From: Candidatus Enterousia sp.
GTDB taxonomy: Bacteria; Pseudomonadota; Alphaproteobacteria; Rs-D84
Direction: 5' to 3'
Assembly: GCA_045613785.1 (NCBI GenBank)
Contig: JAZLBQ010000004.1
Location: 74,039-138,038 of the forward strand
DNA: 64,000 nt
Under the pieces are notes generated by a model. That model was not told where the DNA came from and did not search any database. It saw only the letters and a program-made list of their open reading frames with translations. Position 1 is the first letter of the stretch. Every line of letters begins with the position of its first letter. Below are positions 1-9,000 of this stretch, piece after piece. A program made the position numbers and the translations under genes.

Positions 1-145
1 ATTTGCTTGATTTTTTATTATTTCCACTCAGCAGCAAGGTCAACAATATCAGCACCACAACAAATGCAGCCGCCATCAACAACCACTGCACCCGTTTTGG
101 TGTATTTTGTCGCATTTCTGAAAACTGTTCTTTGAAACTAGCCAT
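1..145 (-). CDS. virB10: Probable VirB10/TrbI-family T4SS protein, N-terminal part (runs off the window edge)
   Basis: Not in ORF track. ATG at 145 after GAGGG gives MASFKEQFSEMRQNTPKRVQWLLMAAAFVVVLILLTLLLSGNNKKIKQ: short cytoplasmic tail plus one TM helix. Identity rests on its position directly after virB8-virB9. Confidence 0.55.
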   Translation of the reverse strand, partial: MASFKEQFSEMRQNTPKRVQWLLMAAAFVVVLILLTLLLSGNNKKSSK

Positions 146-163
146 CCCTCAAATCCACTAATT

Positions 164-1705
164 TTATTGCATTCTTACAACGCTACAACTTGTTCCGCTA
201 AATTTTAACAACTTGTCGCATAATGTTTGTGCTGTGTCAATATCTGCCAATGGGCCAATACGCAAGCGATACTGGCGTGCTGTTGTTGAGTCTGCACCTA
301 ATTCTCCGACACCTTGTTCATCAACTGCAAAGAAAACCATATTTTTATAAGGTGTCAACAATCCTTGACCATTTTCACCGCTGAATTTAGCCAACAACAT
401 TGTCCAATAATCGTCCAAGGCCTTGACAGAAGTATCTGATTTTAATTCTACGGCAACACCAACCTGATTACTTGAAATCAGTGGGATGTTGGTTTGTGGT
501 AAATAAGCCCCTGCTGTATTTCGTTGTGTTGGCAACATGTTTACAACACTTCCTGACGAGCGAGGCATTGTCTGTGGTGCAGTAAATCCTGCTGGCATAT
601 AATATCCTGCACCAGTTGTCTGATTGACAGTTTGATTATTTTCAACGAATACAGGTGTCCCGGTATATGGTGTTCCCATACTCATTGCAGCCATACTGTC
701 AGTATATGCGATGTTGCTTAGTGATTGTCCAGACAGCATACTCTGTGCAACATTTGCCTCTGCCAGTGCCATCACAGATGCGGTATCAGCAATCAAGAAC
801 GGTTTTTCACGTTTTTTGATGCAAACAATACGTTGTCCGCTACGCAGAACCATATCGCCCACGGCCTCTACAATCAACAAGCGACCGTCTTCACCATCTG
901 TGCGGAATCCAACAGGAGATTCGCCACCTTCTACCAACAGTGAAACAACAGGGCGTTGCGTCATTGCGATAACCTTGTCGCCAAAATCAATGTATGTGAA
1001 GATACGATCACGCCAAACACGCTCTGGTGCGATTACATAGTCGTCTGGGTTTGGAACAAAGATGTCTAAATCGAAACGAAATTCCGAAGGATCGATTTTC
1101 ATTGATTTAATCCAGCCATAGTCTTCGCCATCAACACCGACTGTATTTGTTGCGTTGCTTGAAGTTGCGGCCTTTTTGAATATAGAACTTGCCCCACCAG
1201 AAACAGGAACGTTTCCTGCGGTTGGCAGTGCAACATTGCCGTCCAGGACTACATCGACTTGTGAATATGTAATTTCACTGGAATTAGATGGTTCGCTACG
1301 CAAATAGAAGATATATTTATTTCCTGATTTGCCTGTTACAATCATATTAGTATCAGACCCTTGGTTAGAACCGACTGGTGAAATAAACATTGTCTGACCG
1401 CCCTGAGTCGCATCAATGTCAAACAAGTCTTGGTTTCCAACCATTGCATCTGCAATCTGTTCACCATTTGGCAATGTAACCATAGTTACCATTCCATTAC
1501 GCAGTTTGATTGGTAAAACACTGCCTGCAGACCAAGCCAACTGTGCATATCCTGGTTTTGTGCTACCGCTGGCCATATTTGCCATTGGGTTATCCCATGC
1601 CTCTTGCACACCGTATTCTGTTATTGCAGAATATGCCGGCAACGTCAACAGACCTGCCAGGCAAAAAACAGACATATTAAATCTTAGTGCTTTTACGAAA
1701 CTCAT
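164..1705 (-). CDS. virB9: VirB9/TrbG-family T4SS core protein with a C-terminal SPOR-like domain
   Basis: Signal peptide; VirB9 motifs (TNMIVTGKSGNKYIFYL; APERVWRDRIFTYIDF; MVLRSGQRIVCI); low-complexity linker; C-terminal YRLRIGPLADIDTAQTLCDKL...CSVV typical of SPOR. Start 1705 has a GGAAGGA SD; alternative start 1720. Confidence 0.85.
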   Translation of the reverse strand: MSFVKALRFNMSVFCLAGLLTLPAYSAITEYGVQEAWDNPMANMASGSTKPGYAQLAWSAGSVLPIKLRNGMVTMVTLPNGEQIADAMVGNQDLFDIDATQGGQTMFISPVGSNQGSDTNMIVTGKSGNKYIFYLRSEPSNSSEITYSQVDVVLDGNVALPTAGNVPVSGGASSIFKKAATSSNATNTVGVDGEDYGWIKSMKIDPSEFRFDLDIFVPNPDDYVIAPERVWRDRIFTYIDFGDKVIAMTQRPVVSLLVEGGESPVGFRTDGEDGRLLIVEAVGDMVLRSGQRIVCIKKREKPFLIADTASVMALAEANVAQSMLSGQSLSNIAYTDSMAAMSMGTPYTGTPVFVENNQTVNQTTGAGYYMPAGFTAPQTMPRSSGSVVNMLPTQRNTAGAYLPQTNIPLISSNQVGVAVELKSDTSVKALDDYWTMLLAKFSGENGQGLLTPYKNMVFFAVDEQGVGELGADSTTARQYRLRIGPLADIDTAQTLCDKLLKFSGTSCSVVRMQ

Positions 1706-1733
1706 ACCAATCCTTCCCATTTTTTATGTTGTT

Positions 1734-2405
1734 TTATTCTGTCTCACGAAAACCTGTATTTAAAGGGTCTCCATTGTCAGATATAACCTTGTATTCAGAT
1801 ACACGCAGTCCCAATGGATTTTCGATACGGTCTGCCCATTTGATTTGCGTTTTATCATTATCTTCTAATTTCAACTTTATTGTATAATCTTTTGTGATTG
1901 TATGTCCAGCATTATCAGTGCAGAAATATCTAAATTTTACCTGATATTGATCTTCGCTTGCCAAATATATCGGTGCACCATCAAAAATAACAGGGCATTG
2001 AAACTCAAAGTCAGGCATTCCTGCCATCATTGCGATGAACATATCGGTGTTTGCAAACTCGCCATAAACAGCATCTGTTGACATAATGCGAACTGCACCG
2101 TCGTTGCTGTTCCATTTTTTATGCATTGCCTTGGCATTTGTGAAAACTTCGTTTCTGTGTTGGATATATTCACGAACAAAGGCTTTTTTGTATCGATCCA
2201 GATTTTCGCTTTTTGGTTGCATTTGAATCAATCGAACGTCTTGGTCGTCACGGACAGCGGTTGCCAAAAAGAACACTTGTGGACGATTCAATGGGAACAT
2301 TTTTACCAGTGTCACAGTCATTACGCCTAACGTCACCAAAGCAGCAGCCAGCACAAAAGTCATCAGTCTGGATAATAAAATTGGTGGTTGTATGCGGTTC
2401 TGCAC
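1734..2405 (-). CDS. virB8: VirB8-family T4SS inner-membrane protein
   Basis: N-terminal TM helix then 'FPL', FVREYIQHR helix, VRIMS, and the C-terminal hallmark NPLGLRVSEY; GTG start with a GAGAGG SD. Confidence 0.85.
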   Translation of the reverse strand: MQNRIQPPILLSRLMTFVLAAALVTLGVMTVTLVKMFPLNRPQVFFLATAVRDDQDVRLIQMQPKSENLDRYKKAFVREYIQHRNEVFTNAKAMHKKWNSNDGAVRIMSTDAVYGEFANTDMFIAMMAGMPDFEFQCPVIFDGAPIYLASEDQYQVKFRYFCTDNAGHTITKDYTIKLKLEDNDKTQIKWADRIENPLGLRVSEYKVISDNGDPLNTGFRETE

Positions 2406-2525
2406 GATGTTCCTCTCTCTTTAATTAAAGTGATTGTAGAAAAAAACAAATAGTCTGTGCAAGAAAAAATTTGCAATAACAAAAAACTAAAACAGGAAAA
2501 GTTATAAAAGGTGTTAAAAATATAG

Positions 2526-2590
2526 TTGCAAGGTAAAGAGAAAAATATTATAATATTTCCACTTGATTTTTTATATAAGTGTGCTATTCT
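2526..2590 (+). promoter_or_regulatory. Tandem sigma70-type promoters for the tRNA-Trp-secE-nusG transcript
   Basis: TTGCAA-17-TATAAT (2526-2554) and TTGATT-16-TATTCT (2563-2590). Confidence 0.65.
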
Positions 2591-2647
2591 GTCGCAGACT
2601 ATTATGGTGGTGTGCGGCACATCGACAGGTATCAGATATGAACACAC

Positions 2648-2721
2648 AGGGGCATAGTTCAACGGTAGAATATCGGTCTCCAAAACCGCGGATGAGGGTT
2701 CGATTCCTTCTGCCCCTGCCA
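2648..2721 (+). tRNA. trnW: tRNA-Trp (CCA), 74 nt, with encoded 3' CCA
   Basis: Acceptor stem AGGGGCA/TGCCCCT, D arm GTTC/GAAT, anticodon loop CTCCAAA, T loop TTCGATT; canonical position upstream of secE. Confidence 0.97.
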
Positions 2722-2762
2722 GGAATAGTCAGGGTTAAATTACGTAATTTAGGCAGTTTTTT

Positions 2763-2942
2763 ATGAAAAAAATACTGGATTTTTTTAAGTCAGTTCGCAG
2801 TGAATGGTTCAAGATTGTATGGCCATCACGTGACAGTGTCGTGCGTGCAACAATTATGATATTGGTATTTTCCGGGCTGGCGGCCTTGTTCTTTTTTGTT
2901 GTTGACAGTGTCTTGAATGCGATTGTTGGTTGGATTTTCTAA
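2763..2942 (+). CDS. secE: Preprotein translocase subunit SecE (59 aa)
   Basis: Not in ORF track. MKKILDFFKSVRSEWFKIVWPSRDSVVRATIMILVF... has the SecE 'KIVWP' motif and one TM; lies between tRNA-Trp and nusG. Confidence 0.95.
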   Translation: MKKILDFFKSVRSEWFKIVWPSRDSVVRATIMILVFSGLAALFFFVVDSVLNAIVGWIF

Positions 2943-2962
2943 ATCAGGCAAAGGAAGCAAAG

Positions 2963-3496
2963 ATGGAAGAAAAGATGCAGTGGTTTGTTGTAAATGTTCA
3001 TACAGGGTGCGAAGATAAGGTTGCACGTGGTTTACGTGAACAGATTGACAAGCGTCGTTTGAATGCGTTGTTTGGCGAAATTATGGTTCCAACACGTGAA
3101 GTTATCGAAATCAAGGCCGGCAAGCGTGTCAAAGCTGAAAGAAAGTTTTTTCCAGGTTATATCGTTGTTCAAATGGTTATGAACAATGAAACCTTTACCT
3201 TGGTTCGTCAGATTCCTCAGGTTGTTATGTTTTTGGGTGCACGCAACAAGCCGATTGCAGTTAGCGAGGCCGAAGCCCACCGTCTGATGAAACAGGTCGA
3301 AGAAGGTGCTGTTGCAATCGAAGACGTTGAATACGAAGTTGGACAGGAAGTTCATGTTATCGATGGTCCGTTTGCGGGCTTTAATGGAATTGCGTCCGAA
3401 GTTGATAATGTAAAACAAAAGATGACAGTAACAGTTCTGGTGTTTGGTCGTGAAACCAGCATGGAATTGGAATTTGACCAGGTAGAAAAGGTCTAA
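2963..3496 (+). CDS. nusG: Transcription termination/antitermination factor NusG
   Basis: WFVVNVHTGCE, FFPGYIVV, KOW motif VIDGPFAGFNG, VFGRET; start at the ATG after the AAGGAAG SD. Confidence 0.98.
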   Translation: MEEKMQWFVVNVHTGCEDKVARGLREQIDKRRLNALFGEIMVPTREVIEIKAGKRVKAERKFFPGYIVVQMVMNNETFTLVRQIPQVVMFLGARNKPIAVSEAEAHRLMKQVEEGAVAIEDVEYEVGQEVHVIDGPFAGFNGIASEVDNVKQKMTVTVLVFGRETSMELEFDQVEKV

Positions 3497-3547
3497 ATAA
3501 AGTTTTTTGTGGTTTTCTGAAAAAAATACAGTAAAATCACAGCAACA

Positions 3548-3575
3548 TGTGGTAGATACGCCAAATCGAACCACA
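3548..3575 (+). promoter_or_regulatory. Probable L1-binding autoregulatory leader of rplK-rplA
   Basis: TGTGGT...ACCACA stem just upstream of rplK, where L1 operators are usually found. Confidence 0.45.
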
Positions 3576-3602
3576 ACACAAACGAAAAAAACGGAGTGAA
3601 AA

Positions 3603-4034
3603 ATGGCAAAGAAAGAAGTTAAGGGATTGGTTAAATTAGTCGTCCCTGCAAAACAGGCGAATCCTGCACCACCAATCGGCCCAGTTTTGGGTGCAAACGG
3701 TGTAAACATTGCAGAATTCTGCAAACAGTTTAACGACAAAACATCTGATAAAGAACCTGGAATGCCAATTCCATGTATTATCACTGTTTATACAGATCGC
3801 AGTTTCGAATTCATTATGAAATTGCCACCTGTGTCATACTATATTAAGAAAGCGTTGAAACTGAAAATCGGTTCACACAAACCAGGTCGTGAATTTGTTG
3901 GCACATTGACTCAGGCACAAATCAAAGAAATTGCCGAAGCAAAATTGCCAGACTTGAATTGCTCTACCATTGAATCTGCGATGAACATTGTTGCGGGTCA
4001 GTGTCGTTCTATGGGCGTAAAGGTGGAGGAATAA
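3603..4034 (+). CDS. rplK: 50S ribosomal protein L11
   Basis: [19 protein letters not shown], synteny. Confidence 0.99.
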   Translation: MAKKEVKGLVKLVVPAKQANPAPPIGPVLGANGVNIAEFCKQFNDKTSDKEPGMPIPCIITVYTDRSFEFIMKLPPVSYYIKKALKLKIGSHKPGREFVGTLTQAQIKEIAEAKLPDLNCSTIESAMNIVAGQCRSMGVKVEE

Positions 4035-4038
4035 TATC

Positions 4039-4713
4039 ATGAAACTGACAAAGAAACAGCAGACTTGGAAAAACTTGGACACAGACAAAGTGTATTCTTT
4101 GGCTGATGCGATTGAAGTTTTGCGTGAATATGCATCTAAAAAGTTTGATGAAACACTGGAAATCGCTATCCGTTTGGGTATCGATGTAACCAAGGCAGAC
4201 CAGAACATTCGTGGTATGTTGTCTTTGCCAAATGGCACAGGCAAGACAGTCCGTGTTGCTGTATTTACTGCAAATTCTCAGGACGAAGCGAAAAAAGCTG
4301 GTGCAGACGTTGTTGGTGCCGAAGAATTGATTGATTCTGTGGCAGCAGGCAACATCAATTTTGACCGTGTTATTGCAACACCAGATATGATGCCAAAGAT
4401 GTCAAAAATCGCACGTGTTTTGGGGCCAAAGGGCTTGATGCCGAACCCAAAATTAGGCACTGTTACAAATAACGTTGCCGAAGCGGTTGCTACAGCCAAG
4501 GCAGGTCAGATTGAATACCGTGCAGAAAAGAAAGGTATTATCCACGCCGGTATTGGTAAAATGTCATTTGAAACCGCAAAATTGGTTGAAAATGCAGTTG
4601 CTTTGATTGACCAGTTGAAAAAGGTCAAACCTGCATCGTCTAAGGGTCAGTATATCTTGGGGATCTCGGTTGCAACAACCCAGGGCCCAGGTCTGAAAGT
4701 AGATGCAAAATAA
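4039..4713 (+). CDS. rplA: 50S ribosomal protein L1
   Basis: KFDETLE, LPNGTGK, LGPKGLMPNPKLGTV. Confidence 0.99.
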   Translation: MKLTKKQQTWKNLDTDKVYSLADAIEVLREYASKKFDETLEIAIRLGIDVTKADQNIRGMLSLPNGTGKTVRVAVFTANSQDEAKKAGADVVGAEELIDSVAAGNINFDRVIATPDMMPKMSKIARVLGPKGLMPNPKLGTVTNNVAEAVATAKAGQIEYRAEKKGIIHAGIGKMSFETAKLVENAVALIDQLKKVKPASSKGQYILGISVATTQGPGLKVDAK

Positions 4714-4717
4714 TTAA

Positions 4718-4745
4718 ATGCGATGGTGGGCGACCACCGTCGCAT
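4718..4745 (+). other. Stable hairpin after rplA (GNRA-capped; processing or stability element)
   Basis: ATGCGATGGTGG-GCGA-CCACCGTCGCAT with a G-U pair; no U tract. Confidence 0.6.
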
Positions 4746-4755
4746 AAACAGATTT

Positions 4756-4803
4756 CTGTCCAAGACTGATGGTGCTAACGCTTAATTTCCATCATAGACA
4801 AAG
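4756..4803 (+). promoter_or_regulatory. Ribosomal protein L10 leader (autoregulatory RNA)
   Basis: GTCCAAGACTGATGG...CTTAAT...CCATCATAGAC matches the L10-leader pattern (AAGAC...TTAA...TAGAC) upstream of rplJ. Confidence 0.8.
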
Positions 4804-4891
4804 AAAAATTCTTTGGGGCAGGAACAAAAGCCCCATCCCTGGTAAAAACGGATGGATAAGTTAACAAAACAGAAGCTTGAAGGAAAAATAG

Positions 4892-5371
4892 ATGAGACGC
4901 GAAGAAAAATCAGATTTGATTTCAGCGTTACAGTCGTCCCTGAAAGAAGCGAACGGTGTTTTCGTTATTGAAAACCATGGCTTGACAGTAAGCGAATTTG
5001 AAACATTGCGTAATGAATTGCGCCCATTGGTTTCTGTATTCAAGGTTGTCAAGAACCGTTTGATGAAATTGGCGTTAAAAGACACTGATTTCGAACCTGT
5101 ATCCGAAATGTTGAAACGTCCAACTGCTGTTGCTGTTGCAACTGACGGTTTGGCGGTTACCAAGGTTTTGGCAAAATTTGCTGGTGAACACCCAAATTTG
5201 ACAATCGTTGGTGGTAAAATGGATGCAGACGTTTTGGACGTAGACGGCGTTATGCAATTATCCAAGCTTCCTTCCCTGTTGGAAATCCGTGGCACAATCG
5301 CACGCATTTTGGTCGAACCAGCATCACGTTTGGCACGTGTATCCGCAGAGTATGGAAAAAAAGAACAATAA
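4892..5371 (+). CDS. rplJ: 50S ribosomal protein L10
   Basis: GLTVSEFETLR, KVVKNRL, LSKLPS; synteny. Confidence 0.98.
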   Translation: MRREEKSDLISALQSSLKEANGVFVIENHGLTVSEFETLRNELRPLVSVFKVVKNRLMKLALKDTDFEPVSEMLKRPTAVAVATDGLAVTKVLAKFAGEHPNLTIVGGKMDADVLDVDGVMQLSKLPSLLEIRGTIARILVEPASRLARVSAEYGKKEQ

Positions 5372-5419
5372 AATCAGAATACATTATTCTGACCTAAAAC
5401 AAAAATTAGGAGTAAAAAA

Positions 5420-5785
5420 ATGGCAGACATTCAGAAATTAGTTGAAGAATTGTCAAAATTGAGTGTTTTGGAAGCAGTTGAATTGTCCAAAGCATTAGAA
5501 GAAACATGGGGCGTAAGTGCTGCTGCTGCTGTTGCAGTTGCTGCTGGTCCTGTTGCTGCTGCAGCCGAAGAAAAGTCAGAATTTGACGTTGTTTTGGCTG
5601 AAATTGGTGCAAACAAATTGGCAGTTATCAAAGCTGTAAAAGAAGCTACAGGCTTGGGCTTGGGCGAAGCAAAAGCTTTGGTAGAATCTGCACCAAAGGC
5701 CGTTAAAGAAGGCTTGGCAAAAGACGAAGCTGAAAAATTGAAAGCTGCGTTGGAAGCCGCAGGTGCAAAAGTTGAATTGAAATAA
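5420..5785 (+). CDS. rplL: 50S ribosomal protein L7/L12
   Basis: Ala-rich hinge, [20 protein letters not shown]. Confidence 0.99.
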   Translation: MADIQKLVEELSKLSVLEAVELSKALEETWGVSAAAAVAVAAGPVAAAAEEKSEFDVVLAEIGANKLAVIKAVKEATGLGLGEAKALVESAPKAVKEGLAKDEAEKLKAALEAAGAKVELK

Positions 5786-5848
5786 TTTAACTTTTTTTGA
5801 ACCGATTGGTTCAATAAATCTGGTCGTATAAAACTACGACAAAACGCC

Positions 5849-6051
5849 GCCCGTGTGGGATAAAATCCCATGCGGGCACAAAGGCGTAAAAGACGAAAGT
5901 CAAAAAACATAAGACAAAAGCAGGGCAAAAAGGAGATTTTTAGATAAATTGTGTAATGATAATCGATTCAGAAACTGATTGATTATCCAAGATTTTTACC
6001 AAGATTCGTTCACAATTTGTTTAAGAATTTTCTTTTTGCCCTGCTATGTTT
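5849..6051 (+). promoter_or_regulatory. Structured rplL-rpoB intergenic RNA (hairpins plus a 35-bp duplex; probable processing/attenuation element)
   Basis: Hairpin GCCCGTGTGGGAT-AAA-ATCCCATGCGGGC; 5919-5953 pairs with 6011-6045 with no mismatch when G-U pairs are allowed. Confidence 0.7.
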
Positions 6052-6082
6052 GCAAAACGCACAGAAAAAAGGATTAAAACCG

Positions 6083-9000
6083 ATGGCAGTTATCCAGAAA
6101 CTTAGAAAATCTTTTGGAAAAAGTTTTTTGCAAACTCCGCTTCCTGATTTAGTTGAAATTCAATATAATTCATATAAAAACTTCTTGCAGGCAGATGTCG
6201 CCCCAGAATCTCGCAAAGACATGGGGTTGCAAAATGTATTTAAATCAATGTTCCCAATCAAAGACTATGCCGGCATTGCCGAGTTGAAGTTTGTGGAATA
6301 TACATTGGATAAACCAGTATACAACGTAAAAGAATGTATGCTGCGTAATATGACATACTCCAGCAAGTTGAAACTGAAGCTGAGCTTGACTTTATGGGAT
6401 GTCGCCGAAGACGGCACAAAAAGCCTGCGTGACATCAAAGAACAAGAAATATTTATGGGCGAAGTGCCATTGATGACTGAACGTGGCAGCTTTATCGCAT
6501 CAGGTGTTGAACGTGTTATTGTATCCCAGATGCATCGTGCCCAGGGTGTTGTTTTTGCGACAACCAAGGAATCAAAGGTTGCGGGAAATCCAACAACATA
6601 TACCGCACGTATTATTCCAGAACATGGTTCTTGGATTGATTTCGAAGAAGCCAAAGGTATTATTTATGTTCGTATTGACCGCCGCCGCAAAGTTCCTGCG
6701 ACGGTTCTGTTGCGTTGTTTGCCAAGTGCCCAAGACGAAAAGAAATGGGCAGAAGATCCACGCAAACCAACAATTCAGGGTATGTCAGATACTGAAATTT
6801 TGGGTGTATTCTATAATCGTATTCCATTGGCATTTGATGGTAAAAATTGGGTTGGCGAAACAGCCAGTTTCCAGGGCTTGGATAAATTTAGCCTGAACTT
6901 TGATTTGTTGTCAACCAAAGGCAACAAGACAATCTTGGCCAAGGGCGATCGTCTGAACGGCAAGAATACCAAGAAATTGATGGCAGAACAGAATTTCGAA
7001 ATCGAATCAGAAGCATTAGAAGGCGAATATCTGTTTGACCCAGTTATCTCTGGCGATGAAGTTATCTTCCCAGCAGGCACAGAAATCACCGAAGAAGTAT
7101 TAAAGACACTGGACGAATTAGCTATCAAAGAAATCAGTCTGATTGCAATTGATAACAAAACAGTCAGTGCTCATATCCGCAACACATTGTTAGCAGATAA
7201 AACAACAAATCGTGAAGAAGCCCTGATTGAAATCTATAACATTATCCGTCCGGGTGAACGTCCAACATTGGAAGCTGCAATCAATCTGTTTATGCGTCAA
7301 GGCTTTGAACCTGCATATTATGATTTGTCTGCTGTTGGTCGTTTCAAGATGAACAAACGTTTGAAAATCGACTCTGGTAAAAAACCAGAAGACGAACGCT
7401 TGTTGACTAAATCTGATTTCTTGGCAGTGTTAAAGACATTGACAAACATCATCGACCGCAAAGATACAGTTGATGACATTGATAACTTGTCAAATCGTCG
7501 TGTTCGCACAGTTGGCGAATTGCTGGAACAGAATTTCCGCACAGGTATGGTTCGCATTGAACGTTTGGTTCGTGAAGCATTGTCTTCTCAGAATATTGCA
7601 AACATGCAGCCACAAGATGTTATCAATGTAAAGCCATTGATGTCATTGGTTTCTGAATTCTTGGGAACATCACAGTTGTCTCAGTTTATGGATGCATATA
7701 ATCCATTGTCAGAACTGGAACACAAACGCCGTATTTCTGCATTGGGTCCAGGTGGCTTGAACCGTGACCGTGCAGGCATCGATGTCCGTGACGTTCACCC
7801 AACACACTATGGTCGTCTGTGTCCAATTCACACCCCAGAAGGTGCGAACATTGGTCTGATTAACCACTTGTCAACATATGCACGTGTAAATCCATACGGA
7901 TTCATTGAAACACCATACTATGTTGTCAAAGATGGCAAAGTCACCAGTGAAATGAAATATTTGACTGCAGACGAAGAATTGGGTCATAAAATCGCTCAGG
8001 GTAATACCCCAACTGCCAAAGACGGCACATTTACCGAAGATACGGTTACTGCACGTGTTGACGGCGAATTTACTATGGTATCCAAGGACGAAATTGACCT
8101 TATCGACGTTGAGCCACGTCAGGTGGTATCTATCGCAACAGGTTTGATTCCATTTGTTGAAAATGACGACGCTAACCGTGCATTGATGGGATCGAACATG
8201 CAACGTCAGGCTGTTCCATTATTGCGTGTTCAGGCACCATTGGTTGGAACAGGTATTGAACGTGAAGTTGCACGTGATTCTCGCACTGGTAAGGTTGCAA
8301 AACACAGTGGTGTTGTTGAATCAGTTGACGCAAATCGTATTGTGGTAAAATGTATGAACAGCCGCAATGTTGTGACAGGCGTTGATATTTACAACTTGGA
8401 AAAATTCGAACGTTCAAACAGTGAAACAATCATTCACCAGAAACCATTGGTCAAGGTTGGCGACCGTATTTCAATGGGCGACATCATTGCTGACGGTTCA
8501 TCTATGAACTATGGTGAATTGGCATTGGGTCGCAACGTCTTGGTTGCATTTATGCCATGGCGTGGATATAACTACGAAGACTCTATTGTTATCTCTGAAC
8601 GCATTTCACGTGACGACGTATTTACATCTGTAAAAATCGTTGAAAAGGAATTCAAAGTTCGTGACACCCAGTTAGGGCCAGAAGCATTGACTCGTGATAT
8701 TCCAAACGTCGGTGAAGAAGCGTTAAAGAACTTGGACGAATCAGGTATTATCTATGTTGGTGCCCGTGTAAAACAGGGTGATATTTTGGTTGGTCGTGTG
8801 ACACCAAAATCAGAAACACTGTTGACACCAGAAGAAGCGTTATTGCGTAACATCTTTGGTGAAAAGGCACTGAATGTAAAGGATACATCACTGCGTGTTG
8901 GTCCAAACGAAGAAGGAACAGTTATCGGTGTAAACGTTTTGACCCGTCACGGTGTCAAGAAAGACGAACGCACCCAGATGATTGAATTGCAGAAAATCGA

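Noticed and set aside
7660-7760. Rifampicin-resistance substitutions in RpoB cluster I
   Set aside because: Residues equivalent to E. coli Q513, D516, H526 and S531 are intact (SQFMD...HKRRISA).
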